Positions 24,182-37,612 of a stretch of DNA of 64,000 bases are shown here, piece after piece (position 1 is the stretch's first letter; each line of letters starts with the position of its first letter). Under the pieces are notes generated by a model. That model was not told the DNA's origin. It made no database searches and worked only from the letters and a program-made list of their open reading frames with translations. Source of the stretch: Macrostomum lignano (Eukaryota); contig NIVC01003832.1 of assembly GCA_002269645.1 (NCBI GenBank), positions 1 to 64,000 on the forward strand, written 5' to 3'. The position numbers and the translations under genes are program-made.

Positions 24182-26357
24182 GCTTTGCATGCAGGAAGAA
24201 TATCCTTGTCGCCCGTGACACTTGCCTCCTCCCCGTGAGGCGGTGACTGGAGTATAGGGAGACGGGTCCTTAACTCCTTTTTTAGGCGGAAAAAAGAAGA
24301 AGAAATGCTTCTAAACTGTTCTTCGCCTGCTGCTCCTGGGCTGAATCGACTCAGCCTTGGCTAGTGCTTGCTTTTGAGAGGATTTAGGGGGATCTGCCGG
24401 GTGGCCGGAATGGCTGGGTGGGAGAGAAGGACAGGGGCGGCCGCCTCGGCACCCAGTTGGCTGGGAGAGAAAGCGAGAGACAGAGAAGGCCGGGACTGCC
24501 GCTGCTGTGGAGTCTCTTCTTGAAGTGCGCCAGCGGTAGCAGCAGCAGCAGCAGCAGGGCGGCAGAAGAGCCATTTTTTCTGGAATTTGATTTTCTTGCA
24601 TTTGACTCCCCTATCGCTCAGGTGGAGAGGAGGGGAGACCAAAAATGGGTGGGGCAGAACAAGGGAGAGTTGCGAGGCAAAGACTCAAGCCATTCTGGGG
24701 GGGAAGTTATGTCCGGAGGAGCGGGCACAGAGCGGCCACCGTCCTCCCCACCTGCACTAACGCGCTATTGCTCCGATTTCCTGTCACGTGATCCTAAACT
24801 GCTGCGCTCCTCTCCGCGGAACTCACTCCCCGCCCAGTGGGCGCTCACGCAAGTCGCGGTCGTCAAGAGAGGGGGGAGGGCAGAAAAAAAGATAATTGTT
24901 AGAGAAAAACGCGATCTTGTTTTTCCTTTGGAAACAGCTGCCGCCGCAGTGGAGGAAGAGGAGGTCACACGGGGACTCAGCTGCGTTCCCTGGGTGTGCG
25001 CAAACTTACTCACCTGTCCCCATCAGTCTGTCCTCCTCTTTTTAGCCACATACGCGTATTTGCAGAACCAATTCATCTGAAATTAATGCTCCATGGGGGG
25101 AAAGAGGTTTTTTGCCCAAGTGCTGATGAGGTTGGACCAATTAATTTACTGCCCCACCGCCCCCGACCGCGGCTCTGAAAGAAGAGAGGCGGGAGTTGCT
25201 GGAATATTGAAATGCATCTCATATCAGAGTTGGTCTGTTTGGCCCACTCTAATAAGATAGATCATTGTATTCTGGTTCATTCGACTGCAAATCGGGGGGG
25301 GGGGGGAGTTGGGGGGATTAGAGGGAATAAGCAGCATACGAAATGATAAGTATGGGCTTTGACAATGTCTCTAAAAAATGCCCCGGCCACGCGGGCAAAA
25401 TGATTTCCTCTGCAGCTGCTTCGGCTATATGGTAAAGAAGGGAACTCTGCTTCAACTTCGACTCACTCTGAGCATGAGCTCCATATCCCAGAGCACTATC
25501 ATGGCTGTTGCTAGGACAGCATTGACTCAACCCGCCCCGTTCTCTCTGAGCCACTCTAAGCTCATTCCAGCCTTCCCAGTATGTTTTAGTGGCTTAATGC
25601 TTAAATTACTCCGGGCTGGGGTATCGGCGACCCCCTGCCGATCCTCACAGCCGGTCTTGAGTGGCGACGTGAGCTGAACTTTCCCCCATGCGAGCCCTCT
25701 CCCGCCCCGGCATTCTGTCCTCTGTGCGGCCGCCCGCATGGCAACTCCTCACTATCCTGGCAAAGATGAGGCGCAGAGGCTGAAACCTGCTGATTTCGCA
25801 CTTAGAAAGTTTCTTTTCTGCCGCTGCTTCTTTGTTGGCGCAGGCGGAAGCGCAGAATGGCGCTTCAGACGGATCGAAGATCTCGCATTCACTTGGCTGA
25901 ACTGCCAGGACTCAACTGGGGCGCATAGCTGTCAATCAATACTTGCGGGGGCAGCTGGTTTCTCTCTGATCGGCAGCGCGCCTGAGCTGAGCTGAATTAG
26001 AGCAGCGAGCTTCACGCAGAGAAAGTGAGAAGTGCTGAGCGAGGGAAAGCTCAACATAGAATAGGCTGCACTGGCTGCATAGCTGCAGCAGATTAAGTTG
26101 AGAGCTAATCCGCAACATCAAGTTTCTGCAAGATTGCTGACTCTAACCCTCTAGCAAACACACCCACACACACACAGTTCAGCAACTTTAGTTCTCCAAC
26201 AGGGTGCTTGGAGCAGAACTGTTTTCCTGTTTTCAAATCCAGCAATAGACCATCGAAAAATATGATTTTCGCTAAAATTTTTGCTACGAGTAAAAACTTA
26301 CTGGCTCGGTGGGGCTGGAACAAACAAGATTTTTAACTCCATCTAGTTGCGTGAAAT

Positions 26358-26757
26358 AACAAGAGGTTGTTAGCTCCATCTGGGTGCGTTAACCAACAAG
26401 AGGTTGTTAGCTCCATCTGGGTGCGTTAACCAACAAGAGGTTGTTAGCTCCATCTGGGTGCGTTAACCAACAAGAGGTTGCTAGCTCCATCTGGGTGCGT
26501 TAACCAACAAGAGGTTGTTAGCTCCATCTGGGTGCGTTAACCAACAAGAGGTTGCTAGCTCCGTCTGGATGGGTGAACCAACAAGAGGTTTTTCACTCCA
26601 TCTGGATGCGTGAACCAACAAGAGGTTGCTAGCTCCATCTGGATGCGTGAACCAACAAGAGGTTTTTCACTCCATCTGGATGCGTGAACCAACAAGAGGT
26701 TGCTAGCTCCATCTGGATGCGTGAACCAACGAGAGGCTTTTCACTTCATCTGGATGC
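26358..26757. repeat. 37-bp minisatellite, about 10-11 copies
   Basis: accaacaagaggttgttagctccatctgggtgcgtta units. Confidence 0.95.
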
Positions 26758-27806
26758 GCATTCAAGACGTGCGAGTGAGGGCTCCAGATTAAGGCACTAA
26801 GTGGTGTCATAAAGATGGCGTCATATCAATAAAGATATATGAAGTATTCTATTCACGGTGGCTCCACGTATTATACTTTTAAGGATTCTTCTAAGCGAAA
26901 ATTGGTTTTTTCAGCAGCCGGCTTGCAGAAGTTCGTATTTTCAGGGTAACCTGACTGTACATTGCAGTCTAATTTTTATTAAACTGAAGCTCCGCTTACC
27001 ATACTTGTCCATGCGAGTTCTCGCAAGTTTTCCAAGACACAACGGTCTCCAAGAGCTTTTGAGCGCGTGTCCCAGCCAAAAACTATTCTCAACTCAACGC
27101 GGTGCGTGGGCTTTTTAGTGATCGCGTCCAATGCCACTTGTAAGACCGACTGCAGCTGACAGTTGCCTACTTGTTGAGCAGGCAGCTCAACTGTCAAGAA
27201 CTCAGCGAAATAAATTGTATGCCTTTGTCTAGACACGAATCATACTCAGGGCAACATGGCCAGTGGTTTTCAGGGGTGCTCGAGCTTGGGGTCAATAATT
27301 GACGGGCTTTTATATGCAGCCTGGCTTCGCGCGACTCCAACCAGGCCTCCATCCAACCCCGAACTCCTGAGCGCTGAAATACGACGCCCAAGGTAATGCC
27401 GGAGACGACTCGCGATGCAAGTTATCCTGTCGTGGCGGAGTCCGCTTTCACCAGCGCCTCCCAGCTCAGAGCGGGTGGTGGGTGCTCAAAATTCGAGGCA
27501 ATGCAAGAAAAAACTTTCTCCGAGGAACAGAAATTGCGCCGCCAGAAAAATTACCCACCCCCACTCGTTTCGCGTTCTCTCTAACCTGAATTTAGCTTTT
27601 AGCGTTTTACAATATAATGAAAAAAGTCTTAATGCACCGCTATGAGTAGAATTATGCGCGTATAGATATTCTTTTTTTCTTTCTCAGTGGGCTACTGTTC
27701 TTGGTTAGGCCAAGCTCTATGCATCGCTGTTCATCAGGAGCCTGACGTTTTGAAAGTCGGAGAAAATTTACACCCTGGTCACCCGGGCGACATCAGGGGC
27801 TTAGTG

Positions 27807-28843
27807 CAGGGGTTGGCGAACTCCGGCCCGCGAAGCCTCTCTATCCGGCCCTCGGGTCCTTTGAAACTTCACAATATAGCAATCCGGCCCGCTCAGGGCT
27901 TGTCTTTTCTCAGTTGTCTTTTCTCTAATCTCATATCTTCTCTTTTCTCTAGCCTCTCCCCTCCCTTCTCTCTCTTCTCTCCTCTCCTCTCGTCTCCCCT
28001 CCCTTCTCTCTCTTCTCTCCCTTCTCTCCTCTCCTCTCGTCTCCCTTATCTCCCTTCTCTCCTCTCCTCTCGTCTCCTTTCCCTTCTCTCCCTTCTCGCC
28101 CTTCTCTCCTCTCCTCTCCTCTCCTCTCCTCTCCTCTCCTCTCCTCTCCTCTCCTCTCCTCTCCTCTCCTCTCCTCTCCTCTCTTCTCCCCTCCCTTCTC
28201 TCCCTTCTCTCCTCTCCTCTCATCTCCTCTCCCTTCTCTCCCTTCTCGCCCTTCTCTTCTCTCTCCTCTCCTCTCCCCTCCCTTATCTCCCTTCTCTACT
28301 CTCTTCTCCCCTCCCTGATCTCCCTTCTCTCCTCTCTTCTCCCCTCCTCCCTTCTCTCCTCTCTCCTCTCCTCTCCCCTCCCTTCTCTCCCTTTTCTCCT
28401 CTCCTCTCCTCTCCTCTCCTCTCCTCTCCTCTCCCCTCCCTTATCTCCCTTCTCTCCTCTCTTCTCCCCTTCCTGATCTCCCTTCTCTCCTCTCCCCTCC
28501 CTTATCTCCCTTCTCTCCTCTCCTCTCCCCTCCCTTCTCTCCCTTCTCTCCTCTCCTCTCCTCTCCCCTCCCTTCTCTCCCTTCTCTTCTCTCCTCTCCT
28601 TTCCCCGCCCCTCCCCTCCTTCTCTCCTCTCTCCTCTCCTCTCCTCTCCTCTCCTCTCCTCTTTTCTCCTCTCCCCTCCCTTCCCTCCTTTCTCTTCTCC
28701 CTCCTCTCCTCTCTTCTCCTGTATTTTCTCAAGTCCTCCACTTATCTCTCTTCTCTATTCCCTCACCTCTCTCCCCTCCTCTGGTCCGCAGTCATGCGCT
28801 AGATTCTCAATCTGATCCTTCAAGTAAAGTTTGCCGACCCCTG
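27807..28843. mobile_element. hAT-type MITE with internal CT/GA-rich satellite
   Basis: Left end caggggttggcgaactccggcccgcg; right end reverse complement caggggtcggcaaact (14/16 match). Flanking 8-mers gcttagtg/ggttggcg match only 5/8. CAGGGGTxGGCAAAC termini are typical of hAT (Charlie-like) elements. Confidence 0.7.
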
Positions 28844-30129
28844 GGTTGGCGCCAGCCCCCAGAAAACCGGCTAGCTAGTAGCGACATAGCTAAGCCATTC
28901 AGAATGTCACACAAGTCAGTCGCATTATATGCTAAAAAGACAAGAGTTGCTAATTCAGTTAAAAAATCTCCATACTTCATACCGGATTTGCGCGAGTTTC
29001 ACTTAATGACTGCACCAGTGCATCAATTTTGATAATTGCTGCTCCAATTAATAGCTCTGAATTCATCCCTATTATCTCTCTAGCGCTACTCATGGAATCT
29101 CTATGTAATTCTATCTAGATACATGCCGTGTTCTTAATCCAGGCCCTACACAGTGTAGCATCAGACATCAACAGCCTCATCGACAAGCTGCAAACACATC
29201 GTTGTCAAACAGAGAGAGAAGTTTGGAGCGCAGAGACGGGAGACACGCCCTGAACGAGTCAAGGATGCATAGAGAGCAGCAGGAGAGCTGCTCCGAGCGT
29301 ATATTAAAGGGAATCATGGTGACAGCAGGCCCATGGCGTCGGGAGAGCCATCAATCACGGCGCTGAGGGCGAGGGCGAGGCTCCGCCCTCGAGCTAGTAG
29401 TTGCCCAGCGAAAATGAGAGAGAGAGAGACCGACCTGCTCTCGATCGAGTCGGACAAGGGGGAGCCGAGCGCTCTCCGCCTTCTCGCAACTGCTTTGGCG
29501 TCAATGCGGCACCCTACAATGGCCTGTGCGCCTTCCCAACTCTGCCTCCCAGCTGGCGACTTCATTTCATGATGAAAATGATTTGGGGTCTCTCTCTCTC
29601 TCTCTCCCTCCCTCTCTGACGCTTTCTGATCACGTCGAGGGCAGCTGAGGGGGGGGGGTTGGTTGAGGCAGGGACACCGGCAGCGGGAATAAAAAAAAAT
29701 AATAAATCCCCTTTTCATAGCCAACGAGGCGGCTGCCATAAATCCAGACCCGGTGGGGCCTTTGCACAAATTATTTATGATGATTTTGTATTAGCTAGCA
29801 CCTCGCAGTTGCCGTACATGATTATAAAAACTTCGATTATATGAATTGATTTACATGGAGATTGACTTTTCTGACCCTGCTAGCGTGAATTAGATAAATA
29901 GTGGAGAAACATTGGATTGACTTACAGGCGTACATAACGGATTTGAAGGCTAATTCAAATTCTCTAATAACAATAACTTTTCTTCCCATTCACCTGTGCC
30001 CTCATCTTAAATTTCATAATTAATTAATAAGAAATTCGGGAATGTCATTTTTTCAAACACAATTGAGCTTTGCAAAGAAAACTCTATACCTGAGAATTAT
30101 AAATAATTAAAGAAATTCTCCTCTAACAA

Positions 30130-30495
30130 TCCTATCAGTGGTAATCCTCTGTTCGGGGGAATCCATTGGGGGAATCCTCCGGTCATGGGAATTCCATTGG
30201 GGGAATCCTCCTGTCATGGGAATTCCATTGGGGGAACCTTCGTTTGGGTGAATCCCATTTTGGTAATCCTCTATTCGGGGGAATCCCATTGGGGGAATCC
30301 TTTGCTAGGCGAAATCCAATCGGGGGAATCCTCTGCTCGGGTGAATCCCATTGTGGCAATCCTCTGCTCGTTGGAATCACATTCGGGAATCCTCTGTTCG
30401 GGGCAATTGGGAGAATCCCATTGGGGGAATCCTGTTGCTGAATCCTCTGCTCGGGGGAATCCATTGTATGATAAAATGCTGGGAATCCCAATTTT
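30130..30495. repeat. Imperfect minisatellite of ggggaatcccattgggggaatcctct-like units
   Basis: Recurring gggaatcc motifs with about 30-bp spacing. Confidence 0.8.
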
Positions 30496-31314
30496 TTAAA
30501 GCCTGCCACGATAGCGTTTTTTTCAATTTTCAACTTGCAACACACAATGAGTTCATTCATGAAATGCGTTATGGCGAAGCGCTATTGAACACAAGGACCA
30601 CTAAAAACACTTCATTATAGCATAGTCTAGTAGTCCTTGATAAAATATTGAGCAATTAATATTGAGCTCAAAGCTTGGTCCACGTTGAACGTCTGGCGCT
30701 TAACTAAGCGGAAAATCCTCTTCACCCAGGGGATTTTGTCCCCTTTTTGTCTCTCTCTCTCTCTCTCACCTTTTGATTTCCCAAAAAAATCTTTTCACAC
30801 ACCCGATCCTTGCCTCTGCTTTCGCCTACTTCTCTCGGCTCGCTTCACTTGCCACTTTTATAGATGGAACGAGATTTCGTTGCCAGGGAATTAAGGCCGG
30901 GGTGGCAACAAAGGAAAACGGAAAGAAGCGGCGAATTCCCAGCTGGTTCGATGGGAATTGCTGGCTGTCTGCCTGCCCTTCATCCTGGGTTTTTAATCGT
31001 CCTGAGGCAAGACGGAGAGGTGAGCCCATCACCCTGCCTCGGCAAGTCACTTCCCAACTTTTACTTTTCCCCTTCCGCAGCTGGAAATTTCTGCTTCTTT
31101 GCTCTCGCCGACAGCCATTATTTAATCCTGCTGGGGATTACCATCAGCCCGCTGCCTGCCTGCCTGCGCCCGGCTTCCCTTCACAGACTGGCAATTTTCA
31201 CTGCCTGCGCCTTGCCTTTGCTTCCGCGGCTTCTGTTCAAACTTGCTTTGTTAGTTTGAGTCAGTTTGAGAAGGAAACGGACTGCATGCGAGGCAGTTAT
31301 AATTGATCTTAATA

Positions 31315-32055
31315 TGCATCTATCCATGTAGATCTGCAGTTATTACAGCTAGAGCTCTGATCTATCCATGTAGATCTGCAGTCATTACAGCTAGAGCTCT
31401 GATCTATCCATGTAGATCTGCAGTCACTACAGCTAGAGCTCTGATCTATCCATGTAGATCTGCAGTCACTACAGCTAGAGCTCTGATCTATCAATGTAGA
31501 TCTGCAGTTATTACAGCCAGAGCTCTAATCTATCAATGTAGATCTGCAGTTATTACAGCCAGAGCTCTAATCTATCAATGTAGATCTGCAGTTATTACAG
31601 CTAGAGCTCTGATCTATCAATGTAGATCTGCAGTTATTACAGCCAGAGCTCTAATCTATCAATGTAGATCTGCAGTCACTACAGCTAGAGCTCTGATCTA
31701 TCCATGTAGATCTGCAGTTATTACAGCTAGAGCTCTGATCTATCAATGTAGATCTGCAGTTATTACAGCTAGAGCTCTGATCTATCAATGTAGATCTGCA
31801 GTTATTACAGCTAGAGCTCTGATCTATCAATGTAGATCTGCAGTTATTACAGCTAGAGCTCTGATCTATCAATGTAGATCTGCAGTCATTACAGCTAGAG
31901 CTCTGATCTATCCATGTAGATCTGCAGTCACTACAGCTAGAGCTCTGATCTATCCATGTAGATCTGCAGTTATTACAACCAGAGCTCTGATCTATCCATG
32001 TAGATCTGCAGTCATTACAGCTAGAGCTCTGATCTATCCATGTAGATCTGCAGTC
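31315..32055. repeat. 42-bp minisatellite, about 18 copies
   Basis: gatctatccatgtagatctgcagttattacagctagagctct units. Confidence 0.95.
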
Positions 32056-32974
32056 AGAAGGTACTGTTGATAGCATTTTTGCTATTAGAAATTCGTAGAA
32101 AAAAAGAACTTTTGCCACGCAAACCCTGTCTGAATCTCGGTTTTATTCAGTAGTTTTCGAATGCAAGGCTAGTAGTGCACTGCGGCTTGCTGTTTAGTGG
32201 CCATCAGCCTGGCGTGTCTGCGCGCGTCAAAAACCGAATCGAGTCGGAGCTACTCTCGAACAAATCGAATGACCATGAAGCAGCAGCAGCACAGGAGTGC
32301 CTGGAGTGCCTGGAGACTGTCGGGGCCATATAATCCGCACAATTCGATCTTAGAGGCAACTGTTTCCCAGCGGTGGCGTGCCCCAGCTCCCAAAATGAGA
32401 TTATTAGTTTTTGCCATTTGCTCTCGAATGTAGAGGGTTGGGCCATGCAGTATCAGGCAGGCAGCGAGATGGCGCATGAACTTTCTTATCTATTGGCGTG
32501 GCGCACTGCAACTGCAGGCTGCCTTATTGCACGGCCCGAGGCCTGTACGCCAATGCTTCGGGCCCACTGGTCCGTCCCTAATAAACTTGAATAATTCAAA
32601 ATAAGCGAAAGCGCCAAGCTCAGCTCAGCTCTCCAGCTGTAGTTACTATGCAAATCCCGGGATGCCCTCGCTGTCATGTCCGATAAATCGGCAGGCAGGC
32701 AGGCAGTGGGGTGGGGGGTGGGTCAGCCTTCATCTCTTATCATTTTCCCAAGCCAGATTTCTCCAGACGCTCGATGCAGATTTCGCATTCCCAGAAGCGA
32801 CGTACGAGCGTAGTCTGCCGTTTTAAATTGAATTTTTTAAGTGAATCCCATCTCCTAAATTCAGTTTTGAGCCCCAGTTTCTGCCCTTGTTCTTGGCCCA
32901 GATTGCCTCCCTAGCGGTCTTGGCTTGCCAGCCTGGTAACTGACAGCTCTGCATGGCTGCATTTGGCTGGCTGT

Positions 32975-33540
32975 GTCACTGACAGCCACTTCTTTGCGAT
33001 TGTTCGGTCATTGAGAGTCACTTCTATGCAACTGTTCAGTCACTGACAGTCACTTCTATGCGATTGTTCGGTCACTGAGAGTCACTTCTATGCGATTGTT
33101 CGGTCACTGACAGTCACTTCTATGCGATTGTTCGGTCACTGAGAGTCACTTCTATGCGATTGTTCGGTCACTGACAGTCACTTCTATGCGATTGTTCGGT
33201 CACCGAGAGTCACTTCTATGCGATTGTTCGGTCACTGAGAGTCACTTCTATGCAACTGTTCAGTCAGTGACAGTCACTTCTTTGCGATTGTTCGGTCACT
33301 GAGAGTCACTTCTATGCAACTGTTCAGTCACTGACAGTCAATTCTTTGCGGCTGTTCAGTCACTGACAGTCACTTCTTTGCGGCTGTTCAGTCACTGACA
33401 GTCACTTCTTTGCGATTGTTCGGTCACTGAGAGTCACTTCTTTGCGATTGTTCGGTCACTGAGAGTCACTTCTATGCGATTGTTCAGTCACTGACAGTCA
33501 CTTCTTTGCGACTGTTCAGTCACTGACAGTCACTTCTATG
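32975..33540. repeat. 32-bp minisatellite, about 17 copies
   Basis: cactgacagtcacttctatgcgattgttcggt units. Confidence 0.95.
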
Positions 33541-35806
33541 GTTCGGACTTCTCAGCGATGAAGGCAAGTGGCAAACAACTTACTGACCCACAGAAACGAG
33601 AGTCCGGGTACATTTTGAACGCGTGAAGCTGCAACTTCAGACTTGCTCACTATAAGCATTTTTCTAGTTAAGAGCCAGGCAGAGAATAGGGCAAGCGGGG
33701 CAGGCACATGAGTGCCATAGAAAGCGGATTAGAAGAAGCACTCTGGGTCAGACCAAGTGTGGCTCTCGATTATCATGGCCCATCATTTCTAAAAGTGGTC
33801 TCGCTGTCCAGCCCAGAGAAAGTTTATCCCCTACGCCCTGGAAATGGTTGCAATAAGCAAATGAGGCAGGCCGGCATTGGCCCCGGCTGCAGCCAAAAGG
33901 CCGATTCCTGGGGGAAAAGTTCTCCTATTCCTCCCTGCCACTCCACTCCGCCTTCTCTACCCAGTCCGTGCAGCTTCTCCTCCCACAGCATTAAAATATT
34001 GGCTTAATGACCGTCCCAGCCGGGCAACCATCATTCTAGGAAAATGAAAACTGCAAAACATTTCTCCCCTGCCGCTGCAACTGCAGAGTAAAGCATTGCA
34101 TGCTCGGAATGCAGCTGCGGCTCTTCATCATCATTTACAGCGTAGAGACGGAGACTGAGCATTCGCTGTCTGCCTTGTCTCTCTCTCCTTCTTTCCTCGT
34201 CTCTATTGCCTACCCAGTAATAAAATAGAAATTTGAGGGAGGCAGAGGCAGACAAGAGGAGAAAGTAGCTGTAGTAGGACGCAGCTGCTGGGAAATGTCT
34301 GCTCGGTTTTGCGAGCACGGGTTCAGGTTCTCGAGTATCCGGCAAGATCTAGCCTACGCGGCTCAGTTGAAGAAACTTAACCGATGACAAATTTTGAGAG
34401 TCCAGCAGGTGGGACGGTCGAAATCTGGGGATTTTCTAGGGGTTTTTCGAATGCCCTGGATACTCTGGATGAATAATTATTATAGTCAGTTTTTTTCTTC
34501 TTCCCAGGGAAGCTTTGCGTGCTGACGCAACTTAGGCAACAGTGAAGCCGCGAGGCATCGTGTGTGCAAATACGATTCGCACAGACTTCGCACGCGCTCT
34601 ATACGCCGTGTTGGTTGGCAGGCCTTCATTAGCAAACACATCTCACCGAATTACGAATGCGCATCAGAAATACAGAGTGGGGCATAGCGGACAGGAAATG
34701 GACTTGGATTATTACTAATTTGCCCCAATTGACAGACAATTTAATTCTATTACTCTCATTTCTGGGGCCAACATCGCTGTTAGTGTTACGACTGCATGCG
34801 GCGGCCCAGAGCAAGACAGCGGAAGCAGGCGCATTTAGACGTTAATACTATAGCTATAAATAATAAAAAATAAACAGCAAGATGAGAATCGATACGACTG
34901 TGCCCACTTGTGCTCCTGCATCTGCGCCACGGGCAACGGCGCATTCTATAAGCACTGAACGAACAAGGAACAGCGACACAAAGGTTGGGTGGCTGTTGGC
35001 TGCATGTCAGCGGCACAAAGAAGGAAGCCTGAAAAATTTGTGTGTGTGCGGCACGACTCGCTCTCGGGGGTAAAAAGAGGACAGGCATAGTGATATTCTT
35101 ATGGAAAATGGGAATTGATAGAGAGAGAGAGACATAGGTAGGGCCGGAAGGTGCGATGAGGGTTTTGAGGGAGAAGATTACTCATTCACACGCACACAAT
35201 TAAAGCTAATGCTAACAATGCACTCAGCAAGACCTGCTCAAGACAGCTTGTCCTGAGCGATCTTTTATTAATTATGCAGTGTCGCTTCTCAAGACACCCC
35301 ATGGCCCTCCTGGCTCCGACTGCGCGTCAAACTGACGTCAAGCCTTGACAACCAATAGACCCTGGGGACTCATCAGTAATCCAGTGTGTGCTCCCCCCCC
35401 CCGAACTTACTGAGCAGGTCGATCTGCGGATCCACGACCGAGTACTTTCTCATCCTGGTGTGCGCCGGCTTGGCCTCTGGCGCCATGGCGATCGGTGCAG
35501 TCGGAGTGAGGCTATGGAGCTGCTAACACGCGCCGACGTTATGACGAATGGTGCGGCCCAATGCCCAGTGGCATTGCTCAGCTCGGGTGCTAAGATAAAC
35601 ACTTGGGACTCGAGGCCGCTTTTTATCAACTGGATTGTCTCGCTATCGTCCTCCGGCCCTCACTGCCCGGGCCGGGCCGCCTTGTCCCCCCGCTATCTAT
35701 CCCCAGCCTCCCAGGGATTCTCTCCAATCCTTGGCAATCTCAGCCTCCCATTGGGTTGGGCCAATCCCTGAGCAGGTATGAAGGAGGGATGGGATGCAGC
35801 TTGGGA

Positions 35807-35853
<47 letters not shown>

Positions 35854-36171
35854 CGGGGGGGTAACCCTCGCTCTTATTTGTCCCGTCACAGTGTTATAGT
35901 AGCCATGTCCGATACACCCTACTTGTGTCAGTAGCCGCTACAGAAAACATTAGGTCTGATAAACGACCCCTGTTTCCACGGAAAATATCCGAGACCTTCA
36001 GTCATCAGTTTCGGCTGCAGAGTCAATTTAGCAGGCCGGTAAGAGAATTGAGACTGTTTCCTAGAAATCACTTGCGCGGCACTTTTCAGCAACCCCGTGG
36101 GATTTCGGGGCCAAACTCGATTTCTCCTAGGTTTTCTACCGCTTGGGTGAGCTGGGGAAGTCTAAATTCCT

Positions 36172-36635
36172 GACTGACTGACTGACTGACTGACTGACTG
36201 ACTGACTGACTGACTGACTGACTGACTGACTGACTGACTGACTGACTGACTGACTGACTGACTGACTGACTGACTGACTGACTGACTGACTGACTGACTT
36301 GAGTGATTGGGTGACTGACTGACTGACTGACTTGAGTGATTGAGTGACTGACTGACTGACTGACTTGAGTGATTGGGTGACTGACTGACTGACTGACTTG
36401 AGTGACTGGGTGACTGACTGACTGACTGACTTGAGTGATTGGGTGACTGACTGACTGACTGACTTGAGTGATTGGGTGACTACTGACTGACTGACTTGAG
36501 TGATTGGGTGACTGACTGACTGACTGACTTGAGTGATTGGGTGACTACTGACTGACTAACTTGAGTGATTGGGTGACTGACTGACTGACTGACTTGAGTG
36601 ATTGGGTGACTGACTGACTGACTGACTGACTGACT
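36172..36635. repeat. (GACT)n microsatellite and derived compound repeat
   Basis: Pure (tgac)n run, then units interrupted by ttgagtgattggg. Confidence 0.95.
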
Positions 36636-37274
36636 CGAGTGGGTGAGTGGCTCAGTGATTTATATTGCTGCTGACACATTAAAGCACCAGCATGATGAGG
36701 CTATAAACTGAGCAGTACTTGCCGATCCGTTGCTGCTGTTGCGGCTGCTGCATGCTGCCCAATCTTGCGGGACTTCCCAAACAGTTCCCTGTGTTTAGTC
36801 CATGCACGGTCAAGCCGTCAATTCTTCCTCTTTCAAACTATTTATACGTGAATTCACTTTTGCTGCGACGGACTTCATCTTGACTTGAAAATCAGCTGGC
36901 GACGCGGGCGGACAGGGGAAGCACCTGTCAGGACTCGTTCTCTTTGAAGGATTTGTGGCAGCAGCTGCAGCAGCAGCAGAAGCAGCAGAGCTTGGTTCGT
37001 CAAACGTCTGCATCACCCCAGGAACAGGGCGCAGGGAGGCTTTCCTTTTGTGTCTTCAATCAGCTCGCTTTGCTTAAGCTCGCCAGCCATGCAATATGCC
37101 ATAAGCCGGGCCCCCGCACCAGTCTCAGCTCAATCGTCATTGCGGATGGTAAAGCACTCGCGGTATCTTTGGCGACATTCTTAATTTAGAATATCAAAAT
37201 CTGGACGGTTTGACTTTAAAGAAGAAAGCTTTTTACGGCATTACGGCCCTTTTTGCGAACCATTCAAACAAGAG

Positions 37275-37612
37275 CAACTCAGTCTCAGCAACTCAGCCTC
37301 AACAACTCAGAAATCAGAAACTCAGCCTCAGCAAATGAGCCTCAGCAAATCAGCCTCAGCAAATCAGCCTCGGCAACCAGCCTCAGCAACTCAGCCTCAG
37401 CAACTCAGCCTCAGCAACTCAGAAATCAGAAACTCAGCCTCAGCAAATGAGCCTCAGCAAATGAGCCTCAGCAAATCAGCCTCGGCAACTCAGCCTCAGC
37501 AACTCAGCCTCAGCAACTCAGCCTCAGCAACTCAGAAATCAGAAACTCAGCCTCAGCCTCAGCAACTCAGCCTCAGCAACTCACCCCTAGCAACTCAGCC
37601 TCAGCAACTCAA
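37275..37612. repeat. 14-bp-based minisatellite
   Basis: gcaactcagcctca units with cagaaatcagaaact interruptions. Confidence 0.9.

Noticed and set aside
30765-30864. Minus-strand TATAAAAG followed about 90 nt later by aag|gtgaga (possible non-coding first exon)
   Set aside because: Short motifs like these occur by chance and there is no independent evidence.
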